Positions 39,508-49,908 of a stretch of DNA of 64,000 bases are shown in pieces (position 1 is the stretch's first letter; the number at the start of each line of letters is the position of its first letter). Where the stretch lies: NCBI GenBank assembly GCA_001918745.1, contig MNGN01000031.1, positions 33,651-97,650 of the forward strand, given 5' to 3'. A program made the translations under genes and the position numbers. The notes under the pieces are model-generated. The model made no database searches. It was not told where the DNA came from and saw only the letters and a program-made list of their open reading frames with translations. The DNA comes from Crenarchaeota archaeon 13_1_40CM_3_52_17 (GTDB lineage Archaea; Thermoproteota; Bathyarchaeia; 40CM-2-53-6).

Positions 39508-39627
39508 TGCTCCCCGCGTCGGGGTATCTTGAGCTTGCCTTTAAATCGCTATACCGGAACCTGACTGTTCATGCGCGAGAGCTTCGTGCGTCTTTTAGCG
39601 TCGACAGATGAATTGGTGGGTCTTTAG

Positions 39628-40236
39628 ATGCCACGTTCTCTTGAAGATAACTTCTCCAAGACGCTGGTGAGAACTGGAGCATTGCAGTTTGGAATGTTCA
39701 CATTGTCAGGAGGCAGAATCAGTCCATACTACTTGGACCTCCGAGTGATTCCGAGTTTTCCTGATGCTTTCCGCACATGCTCGGACCTCTTGGCAATGAA
39801 TGCAAAGTCCATTGAAGGAATCGACAAGATAGGGGGCATCCCGACAGGTGGATTGCCCTGGGCAGCCGTACTCGCCTACGCGCTGTCCAAGCCTCTCGTC
39901 TACACAAGGAAGGATATCAAACTACATGGGAGAGAAAGAACAGTTGAAGGAATACTAACGCCGGGCGACAGAGTTCTGCTTATCGACGACGTGATCACGA
40001 CAGGCAAGAATATTCTCACTGCCCTACAGAGCATTCGCGGAGAAGGAGGCGTTGTCGAGAACGCACTCGTTCTTCTCGACAGGCAGGAGGGGGGAGAACA
40101 GCATCTCATGAAAGAAGGAGTAAAACTGCACTCGGTCGCAAAAATCGCGACCGTGGCACAGAAGCTTCTCGACATGGACGCGATCACCAAGAAACAGTTC
40201 GAGGAACTCGCGGGCTTGAGCGAAACAGCGGAGTAA
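39628..40236 (+). CDS. pyrE: Orotate phosphoribosyltransferase
   Basis: FG.FTLSGG..SPYYLDLR, VLLIDDVITTG, LLDRQEG. Confidence 0.95.
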   Translation: MPRSLEDNFSKTLVRTGALQFGMFTLSGGRISPYYLDLRVIPSFPDAFRTCSDLLAMNAKSIEGIDKIGGIPTGGLPWAAVLAYALSKPLVYTRKDIKLHGRERTVEGILTPGDRVLLIDDVITTGKNILTALQSIRGEGGVVENALVLLDRQEGGEQHLMKEGVKLHSVAKIATVAQKLLDMDAITKKQFEELAGLSETAE

Positions 40237-40267
40237 CTACCACAACAGGGGCAAGTAGCATTCTAAA

Positions 40268-41581
40268 ATGGAAACCACCGCATCTCTTCCGCGCGAACTT
40301 CAGGTAACAAGGTCAACTCTGGAGAACGGACTCAAGGTCCTCATTCGAGAGATCCCCAACGCTCCCGTCGCGGGCTGCTGGACTATCTACCGGGTGGGCT
40401 CACGAAACGAGAAGCCTGGCCTCACCGGGATCTCTCACTGGGTCGAACATATGCTCTTCAAAGGCGGAGGCAAACTCGCCAAGGGGGATATCGGACGCCT
40501 CGTCAGCAGAGTGGGAGGAGAATACAACGGATTCACATCTAAGGATTTCACGGCCTATTACGAGATCCTACCTGCGGACCATATCGAGACCGGATTATTG
40601 ATCGAATCGGAGAGAATGATGAATGCGGCTCTTGATCCGCGCGAAGTTGAATCAGAACGATCGGTCGTTGTCTCGGAAAGAGAGGGAAACGAGAACGACC
40701 CCGAGTTTCTAGCAACAGAAGAATTGTTCCTTAGTGCTTTCCGATACCATCCTTACAGATGGTCGGAGGGCGGGACAAAGCCCGACCTTCAACGCGTCAC
40801 CCGAGACGACCTCTTCGAACACTATCGGCGATATTACGCGCCGGGAAACGCAATGCTGGTTGTAGCGGGGCCTTTCTCTCCGAAGAAGATTCTGCCCAAG
40901 ATCGAAGAAAGCTTCTCGCCGCTCTCCAAAGCTGAGAAGCCTCCTGAGCCCAACATTGTAGAACCTCTTCAGGCTGGGGAGAGACGGGTAGAGTTGCGAG
41001 TGCCATCGGAAGCTGACTACATTAAAGTCGCCTACCACACCCCAGGCTTTGGAAACGAAGACGTTTACGGACTAATGATGCTGGACGCGGTTCTCAGCGG
41101 AGTACGACTCTTCGCCTTCGGCCCCGGTCAGACATCTGGCCGAAGTGCCAGGCTCTACAGGGCGCTCGTCGAGAAGAAGATTGCAACTCAAGCTTCCTCG
41201 GAGTTCTTTCCATCAATCGACCCCTCCATCTTCGCTCTCGACCTTACGGTTTGGGACGGAGTCAACATTGACAAGGCCGAGAAACTCTTATTCGACGAGA
41301 TCGAGAGGATAAAGGCGACGCCGCCGAGCAGGCACGAACTAGAAAGATCTCTAGCTCAGATCCGGTCACAGTACTCATACACGTTCGACGGTGTTGCTCG
41401 CCAGGGATTTGTAATCGGAATCTTTGAACTTGTCATCTCATTCGAGACGATGACGAAACTGGTTGACAAATTGTCCAAGATAACTGCCCAGAAGATCTCG
41501 GAGGTCGCAAGGAAGTATCTGACCATCGAGAACAGGACAGTTTGTAGAACAATGGGTGTGAGGAACGCTCATGGGCATTGA
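40268..41581 (+). CDS. M16 peptidase, catalytic subunit
   Basis: GISHWVEHMLFKG (HxxEH), NGFTS.D.T.Y, ERSVV.SE. Confidence 0.92.
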   Translation: METTASLPRELQVTRSTLENGLKVLIREIPNAPVAGCWTIYRVGSRNEKPGLTGISHWVEHMLFKGGGKLAKGDIGRLVSRVGGEYNGFTSKDFTAYYEILPADHIETGLLIESERMMNAALDPREVESERSVVVSEREGNENDPEFLATEELFLSAFRYHPYRWSEGGTKPDLQRVTRDDLFEHYRRYYAPGNAMLVVAGPFSPKKILPKIEESFSPLSKAEKPPEPNIVEPLQAGERRVELRVPSEADYIKVAYHTPGFGNEDVYGLMMLDAVLSGVRLFAFGPGQTSGRSARLYRALVEKKIATQASSEFFPSIDPSIFALDLTVWDGVNIDKAEKLLFDEIERIKATPPSRHELERSLAQIRSQYSYTFDGVARQGFVIGIFELVISFETMTKLVDKLSKITAQKISEVARKYLTIENRTVCRTMGVRNAHGH

Positions 41582-42836
41582 TTCCGATCTTCCCAAACTA
41601 GTCGAAGAACACTCGATCGCCAAGGGAGTGAGATGCCTCGTATACCGCACCACTGACAATCCCACCGTTGCAGTCCATGGAAGCATCAGGGCCGGGACCG
41701 CGCTTGAACCCAAGAACCACCATGGAATCGCGGAGCTTGCAACCAGGCTCTTGATCCGAGGATCACGGAAGCTGCGTCCGGAGAAGATCGCCGATTCTTT
41801 GGAGTCCATTGGGGCAGCGATCAACTTCCGCAACACGCCTGACGCGATATTGTTCCAGGCACGGATGACGACTCCCTGGATGAAGAGAGTCCTGGATATT
41901 CTAGCGGAATGTCTGACCAAACCCTCGTTTGACAGGAGGGATGTGGAGAAGGAGAAAGAGGAACTGCTAACAGACATCCGTCTGAGAGATGACGATCCTA
42001 CGAGGAGAGGAATCCGTGAGCTGGTCGCAATGGTCTATCCGCAAAACCATCCGTACGGTCAAGACAAGTTCGGGACAGCCGAGAGCGTCAAGAATATCGA
42101 GAGAGCCAACCTAGACGATTACTTTGACGATCACGTCGCCAAAGCTCCCGTGATCATAGCCTTCGCGGGACAGTTCAAATCCGACCAGGCCCTGAAGTGG
42201 AGCGGCCGGACATTCGGTGAGAGAGAAGATTCTGCAGCAATGAAAGACGTTTCAGGAACCCCACCAAATTCCTACAAGAAGGAGATTGTCATGCCTCACA
42301 AGTCTCAGACAGAGATCATGATGGGAACACTAGCTGTCGCGCGGCTGGACCCAGACTATGAGCCACTCAACCTACTGAACGCAATCCTGGGCGAACTGGG
42401 CTTCATGGGGAGGCTTGGACAAAGGGTGCGGGACAAAGAAGGGCTTGCATATTCGTGCACATCGTTTCTCAACGCCGGACTCCAAGGCGGCAACTGGACC
42501 GCCCTCGCTGGGGTAAATCCGAAGAACGTGGACCGTGCCAGAAAGCTAATGGAAGAGGAGATCAAGAGGGTGATCGACGAGCCGGTTCTGGAGCAAGAGC
42601 TTGAAGATGCTAAAGAAAACCAGACCGGTTCCGCATTGATGGAACTGGAATCAACTGAAGGAATCGCCCGGACCAGCCATAATCTCGTCCACTACGCACT
42701 CGGACTGGATTATTTCGCGAAAAGGCGACAGCTTTTCCGGAGGATCAATGTAGGCCAACTTCAAGAGATGGCAGGCAAATATTTGCAGGCGTCACGGACT
42801 TCCACGGTGATAGCTGGGCCGAAAGCCAAAGCCTAG
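41571..42836 (+). CDS. M16 peptidase, non-catalytic partner subunit
   Basis: No HxxEH; RLGQRVRDKEGLAYS (R/Y pair); overlaps the upstream M16 gene. Confidence 0.88.
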   Translation: MGIDSDLPKLVEEHSIAKGVRCLVYRTTDNPTVAVHGSIRAGTALEPKNHHGIAELATRLLIRGSRKLRPEKIADSLESIGAAINFRNTPDAILFQARMTTPWMKRVLDILAECLTKPSFDRRDVEKEKEELLTDIRLRDDDPTRRGIRELVAMVYPQNHPYGQDKFGTAESVKNIERANLDDYFDDHVAKAPVIIAFAGQFKSDQALKWSGRTFGEREDSAAMKDVSGTPPNSYKKEIVMPHKSQTEIMMGTLAVARLDPDYEPLNLLNAILGELGFMGRLGQRVRDKEGLAYSCTSFLNAGLQGGNWTALAGVNPKNVDRARKLMEEEIKRVIDEPVLEQELEDAKENQTGSALMELESTEGIARTSHNLVHYALGLDYFAKRRQLFRRINVGQLQEMAGKYLQASRTSTVIAGPKAKA

Positions 42837-42881
42837 CCAATTTCCAAACCCTAAAAACCGCCTCGTATCACGGACATAGTC

Positions 42882-43223
42882 ATGGATGATCCGGCCAAAG
42901 AAGTATCGATAGACGAATTCAAAAAGCTCGAGATCCGAGTTGGATTAGTTGTGGAGGTCTCGCGCGTTCCCCGAACCGAAAAGCTCTACAAAGTCATTGT
43001 GGACTTTGGCCCTCAAGGAAAGCGACAGACCGTAACAGGTCTAGTTGGATACTATACGGCGGAGGAACTGATGAACAAGAGAGTTGCCTTCGTTCTGAAC
43101 CTGAAGCCTGCGAAGTTTGCTGGCGAAAAATCCGAGGGCATGCTTCTGGCGGCCTCAGATGGAGAGAAGCTGTCTCTTCTAACGATCGAGAGGGATGTTC
43201 CGAACGGGGCCCGAGTCAGCTAG
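42882..43223 (+). CDS. tRNA-binding OB protein (Trbp111/CsaA/MetRS C-domain-like)
   Basis: F.KLEIRVG, NLKPAKFAG.KSEGMLLAA. Confidence 0.9.
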   Translation: MDDPAKEVSIDEFKKLEIRVGLVVEVSRVPRTEKLYKVIVDFGPQGKRQTVTGLVGYYTAEELMNKRVAFVLNLKPAKFAGEKSEGMLLAASDGEKLSLLTIERDVPNGARVS

Positions 43224-43240
43224 GATCGATTGCTATAGTT

Positions 43241-43876
43241 ATGCCAAACCAGTGGATCGAGCGCAGGAAGAAGGATCAGTACTACAAGCTTGCCAAGCTC
43301 AGAGGATACCGGAGTAGAGCCGCTTACAAGCTTCTTCAGACAACGAGGATCTACAATCTCATGCTTCCGGGTCAGAAGGTTGTTGACCTCGGGTCCCAGC
43401 CTGGAGGTTGGCTGCAGATTGCAAGGGAAGCAGTTGGACCGGAGGGCTTGGTCCTCGGAGTCGATATCAAGAAGATCGAACCTCTTCCTTATTCCAACGT
43501 GAGGCTGATAGAGGCGGACATATACTCTGAGGACTTACCGCAGAGGATCATTTCCGAGCTAAAGGGACCTGCTGACGTGGTTCTATCAGACTTGGCACCA
43601 ACCATCATCGGAGCATGGGAGGTGGATCATGCTAGGCAGGTCGATCTTGCAAGAGTTGCGCTTAGAATACTGCAAGAGGTTCTCAAGAAAGGCGGAAACG
43701 CGTTCATCAAACTGTTCCACGGACCGGAACTTAGAAGGTTTCAGGACGAAGCCGACGAGTTTTTCGAGAAGAGCAAACTATTGAAACCGAAGGCGAGTCG
43801 CCCGGAGAGCTCGGAAGTCTACTACCTTGGCCTAGATTTCAAAATGAGGTGGATGCCTCCTGAGCCAAAAACGTGA
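43241..43876 (+). CDS. rlmE: 23S rRNA 2'-O-methyltransferase RlmE/RrmJ
   Basis: YRSRAAYKL, DLG..PGGW.Q, LSDLAP, KPKASR.ESSE.Y (K-D-K-E). Confidence 0.95.
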   Translation: MPNQWIERRKKDQYYKLAKLRGYRSRAAYKLLQTTRIYNLMLPGQKVVDLGSQPGGWLQIAREAVGPEGLVLGVDIKKIEPLPYSNVRLIEADIYSEDLPQRIISELKGPADVVLSDLAPTIIGAWEVDHARQVDLARVALRILQEVLKKGGNAFIKLFHGPELRRFQDEADEFFEKSKLLKPKASRPESSEVYYLGLDFKMRWMPPEPKT

Positions 43877-44423
43877 GCATCCTAGAATAATCCTGGTGAC
43901 GGGGGCACCTGGGGTTGGAAAGACGACCCTGATTCAACGGATTCACCAACACTACAAGACCAAAGGGCTGAGAATAGCGGGTATTACAACCCACGAGGTA
44001 AGGGAAGGCGACCAACGCGTTGGGTTCAGAATAACCAACCTCTCATCAGGCGCCGAAGGGTGGCTAGCCAGGTTGGACGACGGTGCGGGTCCAAGAATAG
44101 GAAAATACACTGTCGTCAGCCGAGACCTCGAGCTGATCGGCGTAGGGGGACTGAGAGAAGCTACGGAAAGGCCTGACGATCTCGCCCTCGTTGATGAAAT
44201 TGGACCCATGGAAATGACGAGCAGTGCGTTCAGAGACGCTGTAGCCAAACTTCTCTCTCAGGAGGGGTTCGTGATTGCGGCTGTGAAATACGGCTCACAT
44301 TACCCTGAAGTCGAGGGAGCCTCTGAGACAGCCGAGACCGTGAACATGGAAGTGTTGAGGAACAATCGCGAGGAAGTCTTTCAGAGGATAACCTCGATCG
44401 TCGACAGCTGGATGAAACGGTAG
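43860..44423 (+). CDS. THEP1-type nucleoside triphosphatase; probable CTG start at 43860
   Basis: IILVTGAPGVGKTT, EVRE...RVGF, VDEIGPME; GAGGTG SD 8 nt before the in-frame CTG. Confidence 0.9.
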   Translation: MSQKREHPRIILVTGAPGVGKTTLIQRIHQHYKTKGLRIAGITTHEVREGDQRVGFRITNLSSGAEGWLARLDDGAGPRIGKYTVVSRDLELIGVGGLREATERPDDLALVDEIGPMEMTSSAFRDAVAKLLSQEGFVIAAVKYGSHYPEVEGASETAETVNMEVLRNNREEVFQRITSIVDSWMKR

Positions 44424-44435
44424 GAGCGAGATAAC

Positions 44436-45092
44436 TTGCGAGTGTGCGGTGTGGATGACGCGGGCCGCGGTCCAGTAATCGGACCACTAGTCATTGCAGG
44501 GATCCGTATAGAAGAAGAGAAACTCGATCAGCTTAGGTCGCTTGGAGTCAAGGATTCGAAGAAACTGTCGCCGGAGGCCAGAATGGAACTCTCTACTGAG
44601 ATCCCTAAGATTGTTGATGAATATCACATTGTCGAGTTGGAGGCGGCTCATCTGGACTTGGTGGTAAACCGCTCTCCAAGATTTCAAAGACTCAACTTAT
44701 TGGAAGCGAAAGCAATGGCTGAAGTGATCGAGAAACTGAAACCTCATCTAGCTTATGTCGATGCCTCAGATACCCGCCCAGAACGATTCAAGAACAACAT
44801 TCTGGAGCACCTCAGCTTCAAACTCAAATTGGTCTCTGAACATCACGCAGATGAAAAATATCCATCAGTCTCCGCCGCGAGTATCCTCGCGAAGGTTCGC
44901 AGAGATTCGAGAATCGAGGAAATAAAGAAAGAATACGGCGACGTTGGATCAGGGTATGCAACGGATCCAAAAACCATCAGGTTCCTAAGCGAATACTACT
45001 TGGCAAATCGAGATTTTCCACCGATCGTCAGGAGATCATGGAAGACGCTCAGGAACATCGTCCGAGAAATCTCCCAATCAAAACTGTGCTGA
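44436..45092 (+). CDS. rnhB: Ribonuclease HII
   Basis: GVDDAGRGPVIGPLV, GVKDSKKL, VSAASILAKV.RD, GSGY..DP, VRRSW. Confidence 0.96.
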   Translation: MRVCGVDDAGRGPVIGPLVIAGIRIEEEKLDQLRSLGVKDSKKLSPEARMELSTEIPKIVDEYHIVELEAAHLDLVVNRSPRFQRLNLLEAKAMAEVIEKLKPHLAYVDASDTRPERFKNNILEHLSFKLKLVSEHHADEKYPSVSAASILAKVRRDSRIEEIKKEYGDVGSGYATDPKTIRFLSEYYLANRDFPPIVRRSWKTLRNIVREISQSKLC

Positions 45093-45238
45093 GGGGTGAG
45101 ATGTTCTTCGACGGCTCAGGCAAATGCCTTCTCGCTCATCTTATTGGTCCGAGTAACTTTGACCAATCATCGCCGTCGTGCTATTACGATAGTTGAGGGT
45201 CAGATATAACAGATTTTACTGGCGAGGAGAGAGGACTC

Positions 45239-45772
45239 CTAGCCAATCATATGGCTGAAAGCGCCGGTCGCGGTATACTTTTGGGCCATCTTCACATAGG
45301 CTCGAAAGGACTCTCTTATCATCCGAACGTCCTTGTCGGTTGCCTTCCTCAGTACCTTGGCGGGTGAACCCACTGCGACTGAGCGCGGAGGGATAGTTCT
45401 GCCCTCGAGAACGACGGTGCCAACCCCGATTATAGAGTGAGCGCCGATTTTCGCCCCATCGAAAATGATGGCTCCGGCTCCGATGAGGCATTCGTCGCCG
45501 ATTCTGCAGGCATGAACAATCGCGCTGTGAGCGACTGTAACTCCATTGCCAATGACGCCAGCATTCTCGGCGGAACAATGAACGACAACATTGTCTTGTA
45601 GACTGCAATTGGCTCCAACCCTGATCCGCCCGTAGTCACCGCGAAGCACCGCTCCCGGCCAAATGCTAGTTCGTGAACCGACTACCACGTCACCGATGAT
45701 ACTCGCGTTGGGAGCCACCATGGCCATTGGATGGACTCTTGGTTTCTTTGAACCGAGCTGATAGAGAGGCAT
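45239..45772 (-). CDS. Gamma-carbonic anhydrase family (YrdA/CaiE-like) protein
   Basis: Hexapeptide repeats, LRGD, QDN.VVH, H.A.VH; ATG at 45772 after GGAG. Confidence 0.9.
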   Translation of the reverse strand: MPLYQLGSKKPRVHPMAMVAPNASIIGDVVVGSRTSIWPGAVLRGDYGRIRVGANCSLQDNVVVHCSAENAGVIGNGVTVAHSAIVHACRIGDECLIGAGAIIFDGAKIGAHSIIGVGTVVLEGRTIPPRSVAVGSPAKVLRKATDKDVRMIRESFRAYVKMAQKYTATGAFSHMIG

Positions 45773-45843
45773 ATCTCCTCCATCGAGCAACCGCTAATTC
45801 ATCTCTCTTGGCTTTGGACGACAGAGGTGGAAGTCCAGGGTAT

Positions 45844-46572
45844 TCAGGTTGCCCCATAAACGAGAATCTTCTGAATTGAAGACGATGGAGCTTGAGTCGG
45901 AGCCTGGTCCACTTTGGCCTCAGAGGAAGACGCTTCCTGCTTCGGTTTCTTAGAGGGTTCAATCACTTCGAAGGCGAACAGAGCTATGATTAGGATGACA
46001 ATCACCAAGATTCCCTCGGGCCTTGGAGCTCCCGTGGTGTCATTGTACATGAAATTCCGAATATCCAGAATGGCTGACCCCAGGTAGGGGACTGGAATCG
46101 TATACTGGTAGGTTCCCACCACGACGGAATAGGGAACCCCGTTGGGGTAGCCGGGCCAGCTATCTCGGCCAGGATTAGTGACGTAATTATCCCCTTGGGT
46201 CACGAAGAAGTATCCTTTACCCGTCTGATTTGTAATATTGACCTGTCTAACTCGGTGAACCACCAAGAAATCGGGCTGAGAGGGATAGGGACGAAACACG
46301 ATTATTGAACCGTTCGGGGGAGGACCCGCGACGATCGTATTCGGGTCTTGACCCCTAATTACGATGAGGGCTCCGACGGGTAACGTGCAGTTGATGGGTG
46401 GGCACATGCTTCCTGAAGATACGACAAGAACTGGATACTCTGTGTTAAGGGCCAGCCGGACTCCGCCCCAGACTGCTAGAGCGCCGAGGATCACGATACC
46501 TACTAGAAGAAGTCCCCGTGCGGTTTCATTTCTCTTGATAAATTTCCAGAATTTGCGAATATAAGCGCTCAA
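45844..46572 (-). CDS. Signal peptidase I, archaeal/Sec11 type
   Basis: TM then VVSSGSM, IIVF, VVHRV, TQGDN, VPYLG. Confidence 0.88.
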   Translation of the reverse strand: MSAYIRKFWKFIKRNETARGLLLVGIVILGALAVWGGVRLALNTEYPVLVVSSGSMCPPINCTLPVGALIVIRGQDPNTIVAGPPPNGSIIVFRPYPSQPDFLVVHRVRQVNITNQTGKGYFFVTQGDNYVTNPGRDSWPGYPNGVPYSVVVGTYQYTIPVPYLGSAILDIRNFMYNDTTGAPRPEGILVIVILIIALFAFEVIEPSKKPKQEASSSEAKVDQAPTQAPSSSIQKILVYGAT

Positions 46573-46587
46573 AGTCTCAAGTCTAGT

Positions 46588-46986
46588 CTAGACATGCTTT
46601 TGCTGGAAGGGTCCTATCTCGGCCTCGTACTGAATCCGCCTCAAAAACTCTTCTGCAGCCCGAGCACCAGCCGTCAGGAACTCTTCACCTCTAGGGGTGA
46701 TCCGGTAGACTTTTCGGCCTCGGCCGCCTTCGGCCTCCCATACAGCCTGCAAGTAGCCCTTCTCCTCCATTGAATGAAGGAGCGGATAGAGTGTTCCAGC
46801 GCTCAAGTAGACTTTGAATCGGTCACGGATCTCGAGGTTGACCTCGTAGCCCCAGCGCGGCTTGCTCTTGAGGAGTCGAAGTATGATAAGGTCAAGATGG
46901 TTCTTCACCAATCTCTCCCTCCAAGCCTTATCCAGATCCTTATTCAAGCAACACCGGAACTCTTTGAAACCTACAACCCCAAACAA
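46588..46986 (-). CDS. PadR family transcriptional regulator
   Basis: LDLIILRLL...PRWGYE, GTLYPLL..ME..GY, RKVYRIT..G. Confidence 0.92.
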   Translation of the reverse strand: MFGVVGFKEFRCCLNKDLDKAWRERLVKNHLDLIILRLLKSKPRWGYEVNLEIRDRFKVYLSAGTLYPLLHSMEEKGYLQAVWEAEGGRGRKVYRITPRGEEFLTAGARAAEEFLRRIQYEAEIGPFQQKHV

Positions 46987-47034
46987 TTGCCCCTTAACGC
47001 TTTCTAGGTTTTTATCGAACAGCCTAGGTCTTGC

Positions 47035-49908
47035 TTGTTCCAGTTGTCTGCTACGATCTTTGACCTTCTCCCGAAACCACTAGCGGAAGCTGTCAAGGAA
47101 AGAGGATTTGAAAAACCAACTGAAGCACAAGAAAGGGCCATTCCCCCAATCCTCGAAGGAAAGAACGTCCTTCTAATATCGCCCACGGCAAGCGGAAAGA
47201 CCGAATCCGCGATCCTCCCGGTCTTCACCCGCTTCTTGATGAGTACGGATAAAGGTCCCGGTGTCAAGATTCTCTACATGACCCCGCTTCGCGCCCTGAA
47301 CCGAGACCTTCTAGATCGACTGGAGTGGTGGGGAAAAAAGATCGACCTCAGGGTAGCTGTGAGGCATGGGGACACAGAAGTCCGTGAAAGAGTCGCTCAT
47401 GCTCGCAATCCGCCTGACATGTTAATCACGACCCCTGAGACCCTCCAGGCTCTTCTCCCTGGCCGTATCATGCGAAGGCACCTTCGAGAAGTCAGATTCC
47501 TGATCATCGATGAGGTGCACGAGCTGGCGGAGGATAAGAGAGGCAGCCAGCTAGCAATTGCTATCGAACGGCTAAGGTGGATTACCCAGAGAGACTTCCA
47601 AGTCATAGGGCTGTCGGCAACAATCGGGTCCCCTGAGAAAGTTGGGGCATTTCTCGTCGGAAGCAAGCGTCCAGTTGAGATCGTCCGGATCCCTGTTGCG
47701 AGAAAGATGCGACTGGAGACATTGTTTCCCGAACCATCTGGGCCGGATCATCAGCTTGCTTCGAAAATCTTCACTCACCCTGAGGTCGCGGCCAGGCTCC
47801 GAATAATGAAGGAGATGATCAAGAACCACAAGTCCGTCATCCTCTTTACGAACACTAGATCGATCGCTGAAGTATTAGCGAGCAGATTCAAAGTCTGGGA
47901 CATTGACTTTCCGATATCGATCCATCACGGAAGCTTGGCTAAGCCATCCAGGATAAGCGCTGAGCGCGGCTTGAAGGAAGGAGAACTCAGAGGGCTCGTC
48001 GCCACTTCGAGCCTGGAGCTCGGAATTGATGTAGGAAGGATAGACTACGTTATCCAGTACATGAGCCCTCACCAAGTGACACGTCTCATCCAGCGAGTCG
48101 GACGATCGGGCCATAGCGTTGGCAAGATGGCTGATGGGGTAATCATCGCAAGCGACTCGGACGACGCTCTCGAAGCACTCGTGATATCGAGAGGAGCTCT
48201 CAGCGAGGATTTGGAGGAAGTGTCGGTTCCCGAGAAACCGCTCGACGCGCTCTGCCACCAGCTCGCGGGCTTGTTGATACAGAACAGAAAATGGTACTTT
48301 AACGAGCTTGTTGAGCTAATATCGAAAGCGTATCCGTATCGAAACCTCACCGAGGACGACGTTGCCGCCGTCGCGAACTACATGCACTCGCGTTTTCCGC
48401 GCCTCTCCTGGGTCTCGCAACAAGACAAGATGGTGATGAGGCCGTCGAGAGTCAAAGACCTCTACACGTACTACTTCAACAAGCTCTCAATGATACCAGA
48501 CGAGAAACAATACCTCGTCATCGAGCAGGAGACCGACACCGCGGTCGGTGTGCTTGACGAAGCCTTCGTAGCCGAGTATGGCCAACCCGGTACGAAGTTC
48601 ATTGTCCGGGGAACGCCATGGATGATGCAGAGTATCAGAGGTGACAAGATTTTCGTCAAACCGATCTCCGACCCGACAGGGGCGATACCGAGCTGGGTGG
48701 GCGAGGAGATACCTGTCCCCCACAAGGTCGCCAGCGAAGTTGGGGAGATAAGAAGGAGGGTAGGAGACCTTTACGAGAAAGGCCAGAAGATCAACGAGAT
48801 AGCCCAGACACTCAGTCAAGAATATCCTGCGGACCCTAAGACCTTAGAACGAGCAATATCGGAAACATACGAGCAGTTCGAACAAGGACTCCCGGTCCCC
48901 AACGATCACCTTCTTACTGTTGAGGAGTGGGATGATTTCATCATCGTCAACTCCCACATGGGAACATTGGTCAACAGGACGCTAGCCCGGCTTATCGGAC
49001 ACCTGTTGTCCGACGAGGCAGGTGTGAGCGTCGGGATCCAGCAAGATCCCTACAGGATTGTTTTCCAGGCTGTCGGCGGAGTAGATGCAAATGACGTTGT
49101 GAAAATGGTTCGCCGTCTCTCTGAGATCGAGGTGGACGAGGTTGCGATAACTGCGTCGAAGAGAACAGGATTGTTCAAGCGAAGGCTGGTCCATGTCGCG
49201 AGAAGATTTGGAGCAATTTCAAGATGGACAGACTTCAGCAGCATAACCCTCCGCCAGCTCGCGAAGAGCTTCGAAGGAACAGTCATCATGGACGAGGCCG
49301 TTCGTGAGACCCTGGAAAGGGACATGGACATTCCCCACACGAAAGAAGTTCTGCAATCCATCGCCAGGCACGAGATTCAGCTCAAGGTGGTCAAGACGGT
49401 CGCGGGAGAAGCAACGCCGATCGCGAGGATTGGCCTTGAGAGGATCAGTCGCAAGACTGACTTGATTCCGACCGAGAAACTCGGCCAGATCCTGGTCGGG
49501 TCGGCGAAGGCGAGAATCCTCAATGAGGTCAAGACGCTCGTCTGCACTAACTGCTGGAAGTATGTTGAGATGAAAAGAGTCAAAGACATCCCCGCCACTC
49601 CTGAATGTCCTGAATGTGGATCGAAGACTCTTGCCGCCTTGGCAGTGTCCGACGAAGACATGAAGAAGATTCTGTCAAAGAATGGCACTCATCTCTCTGA
49701 GAGAGAAAAGAACGTCTTATCAAGGGCAGACGAAACCGCGAAACTTGTCAACAAGTACGGTAGGCTCGCAGTCTACACCCTAGCTGGAAGAAGAGTTACG
49801 CCGGAGGCAGCCGTGGATATTCTCCGAAAACACCGAAGGCCCACGAACGGCTTCTTTGAGGCGATAATGGAGGCCGAGAGAGAGGCTTTGAAGGAACGTT
49901 TCTGGTAA
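47035..49908 (+). CDS. lhr: Lhr-family SF2 helicase with C-terminal Zn finger
   Basis: PTASGKT, ITTPETL, DEVH, SAT, HHGSL, SSLELGID, QRVGRSGH; CTNC...CPECG. Confidence 0.92.
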   Translation: MFQLSATIFDLLPKPLAEAVKERGFEKPTEAQERAIPPILEGKNVLLISPTASGKTESAILPVFTRFLMSTDKGPGVKILYMTPLRALNRDLLDRLEWWGKKIDLRVAVRHGDTEVRERVAHARNPPDMLITTPETLQALLPGRIMRRHLREVRFLIIDEVHELAEDKRGSQLAIAIERLRWITQRDFQVIGLSATIGSPEKVGAFLVGSKRPVEIVRIPVARKMRLETLFPEPSGPDHQLASKIFTHPEVAARLRIMKEMIKNHKSVILFTNTRSIAEVLASRFKVWDIDFPISIHHGSLAKPSRISAERGLKEGELRGLVATSSLELGIDVGRIDYVIQYMSPHQVTRLIQRVGRSGHSVGKMADGVIIASDSDDALEALVISRGALSEDLEEVSVPEKPLDALCHQLAGLLIQNRKWYFNELVELISKAYPYRNLTEDDVAAVANYMHSRFPRLSWVSQQDKMVMRPSRVKDLYTYYFNKLSMIPDEKQYLVIEQETDTAVGVLDEAFVAEYGQPGTKFIVRGTPWMMQSIRGDKIFVKPISDPTGAIPSWVGEEIPVPHKVASEVGEIRRRVGDLYEKGQKINEIAQTLSQEYPADPKTLERAISETYEQFEQGLPVPNDHLLTVEEWDDFIIVNSHMGTLVNRTLARLIGHLLSDEAGVSVGIQQDPYRIVFQAVGGVDANDVVKMVRRLSEIEVDEVAITASKRTGLFKRRLVHVARRFGAISRWTDFSSITLRQLAKSFEGTVIMDEAVRETLERDMDIPHTKEVLQSIARHEIQLKVVKTVAGEATPIARIGLERISRKTDLIPTEKLGQILVGSAKARILNEVKTLVCTNCWKYVEMKRVKDIPATPECPECGSKTLAALAVSDEDMKKILSKNGTHLSEREKNVLSRADETAKLVNKYGRLAVYTLAGRRVTPEAAVDILRKHRRPTNGFFEAIMEAEREALKERFW

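Noticed and set aside
44454..44471. RNase HII DDAGRG instead of DEAGRG as a sign of inactivation
   Set aside because: Conservative acidic change that I recall in other TACK RNase HII sequences; the remaining motifs are intact
45101..45196. 31-aa ORF after rnhB containing an ATTGGTC/GACCAAT inverted repeat
   Set aside because: The SD-like sequence abuts the ATG and there is no recognisable motif; probably intergenic or terminator sequence
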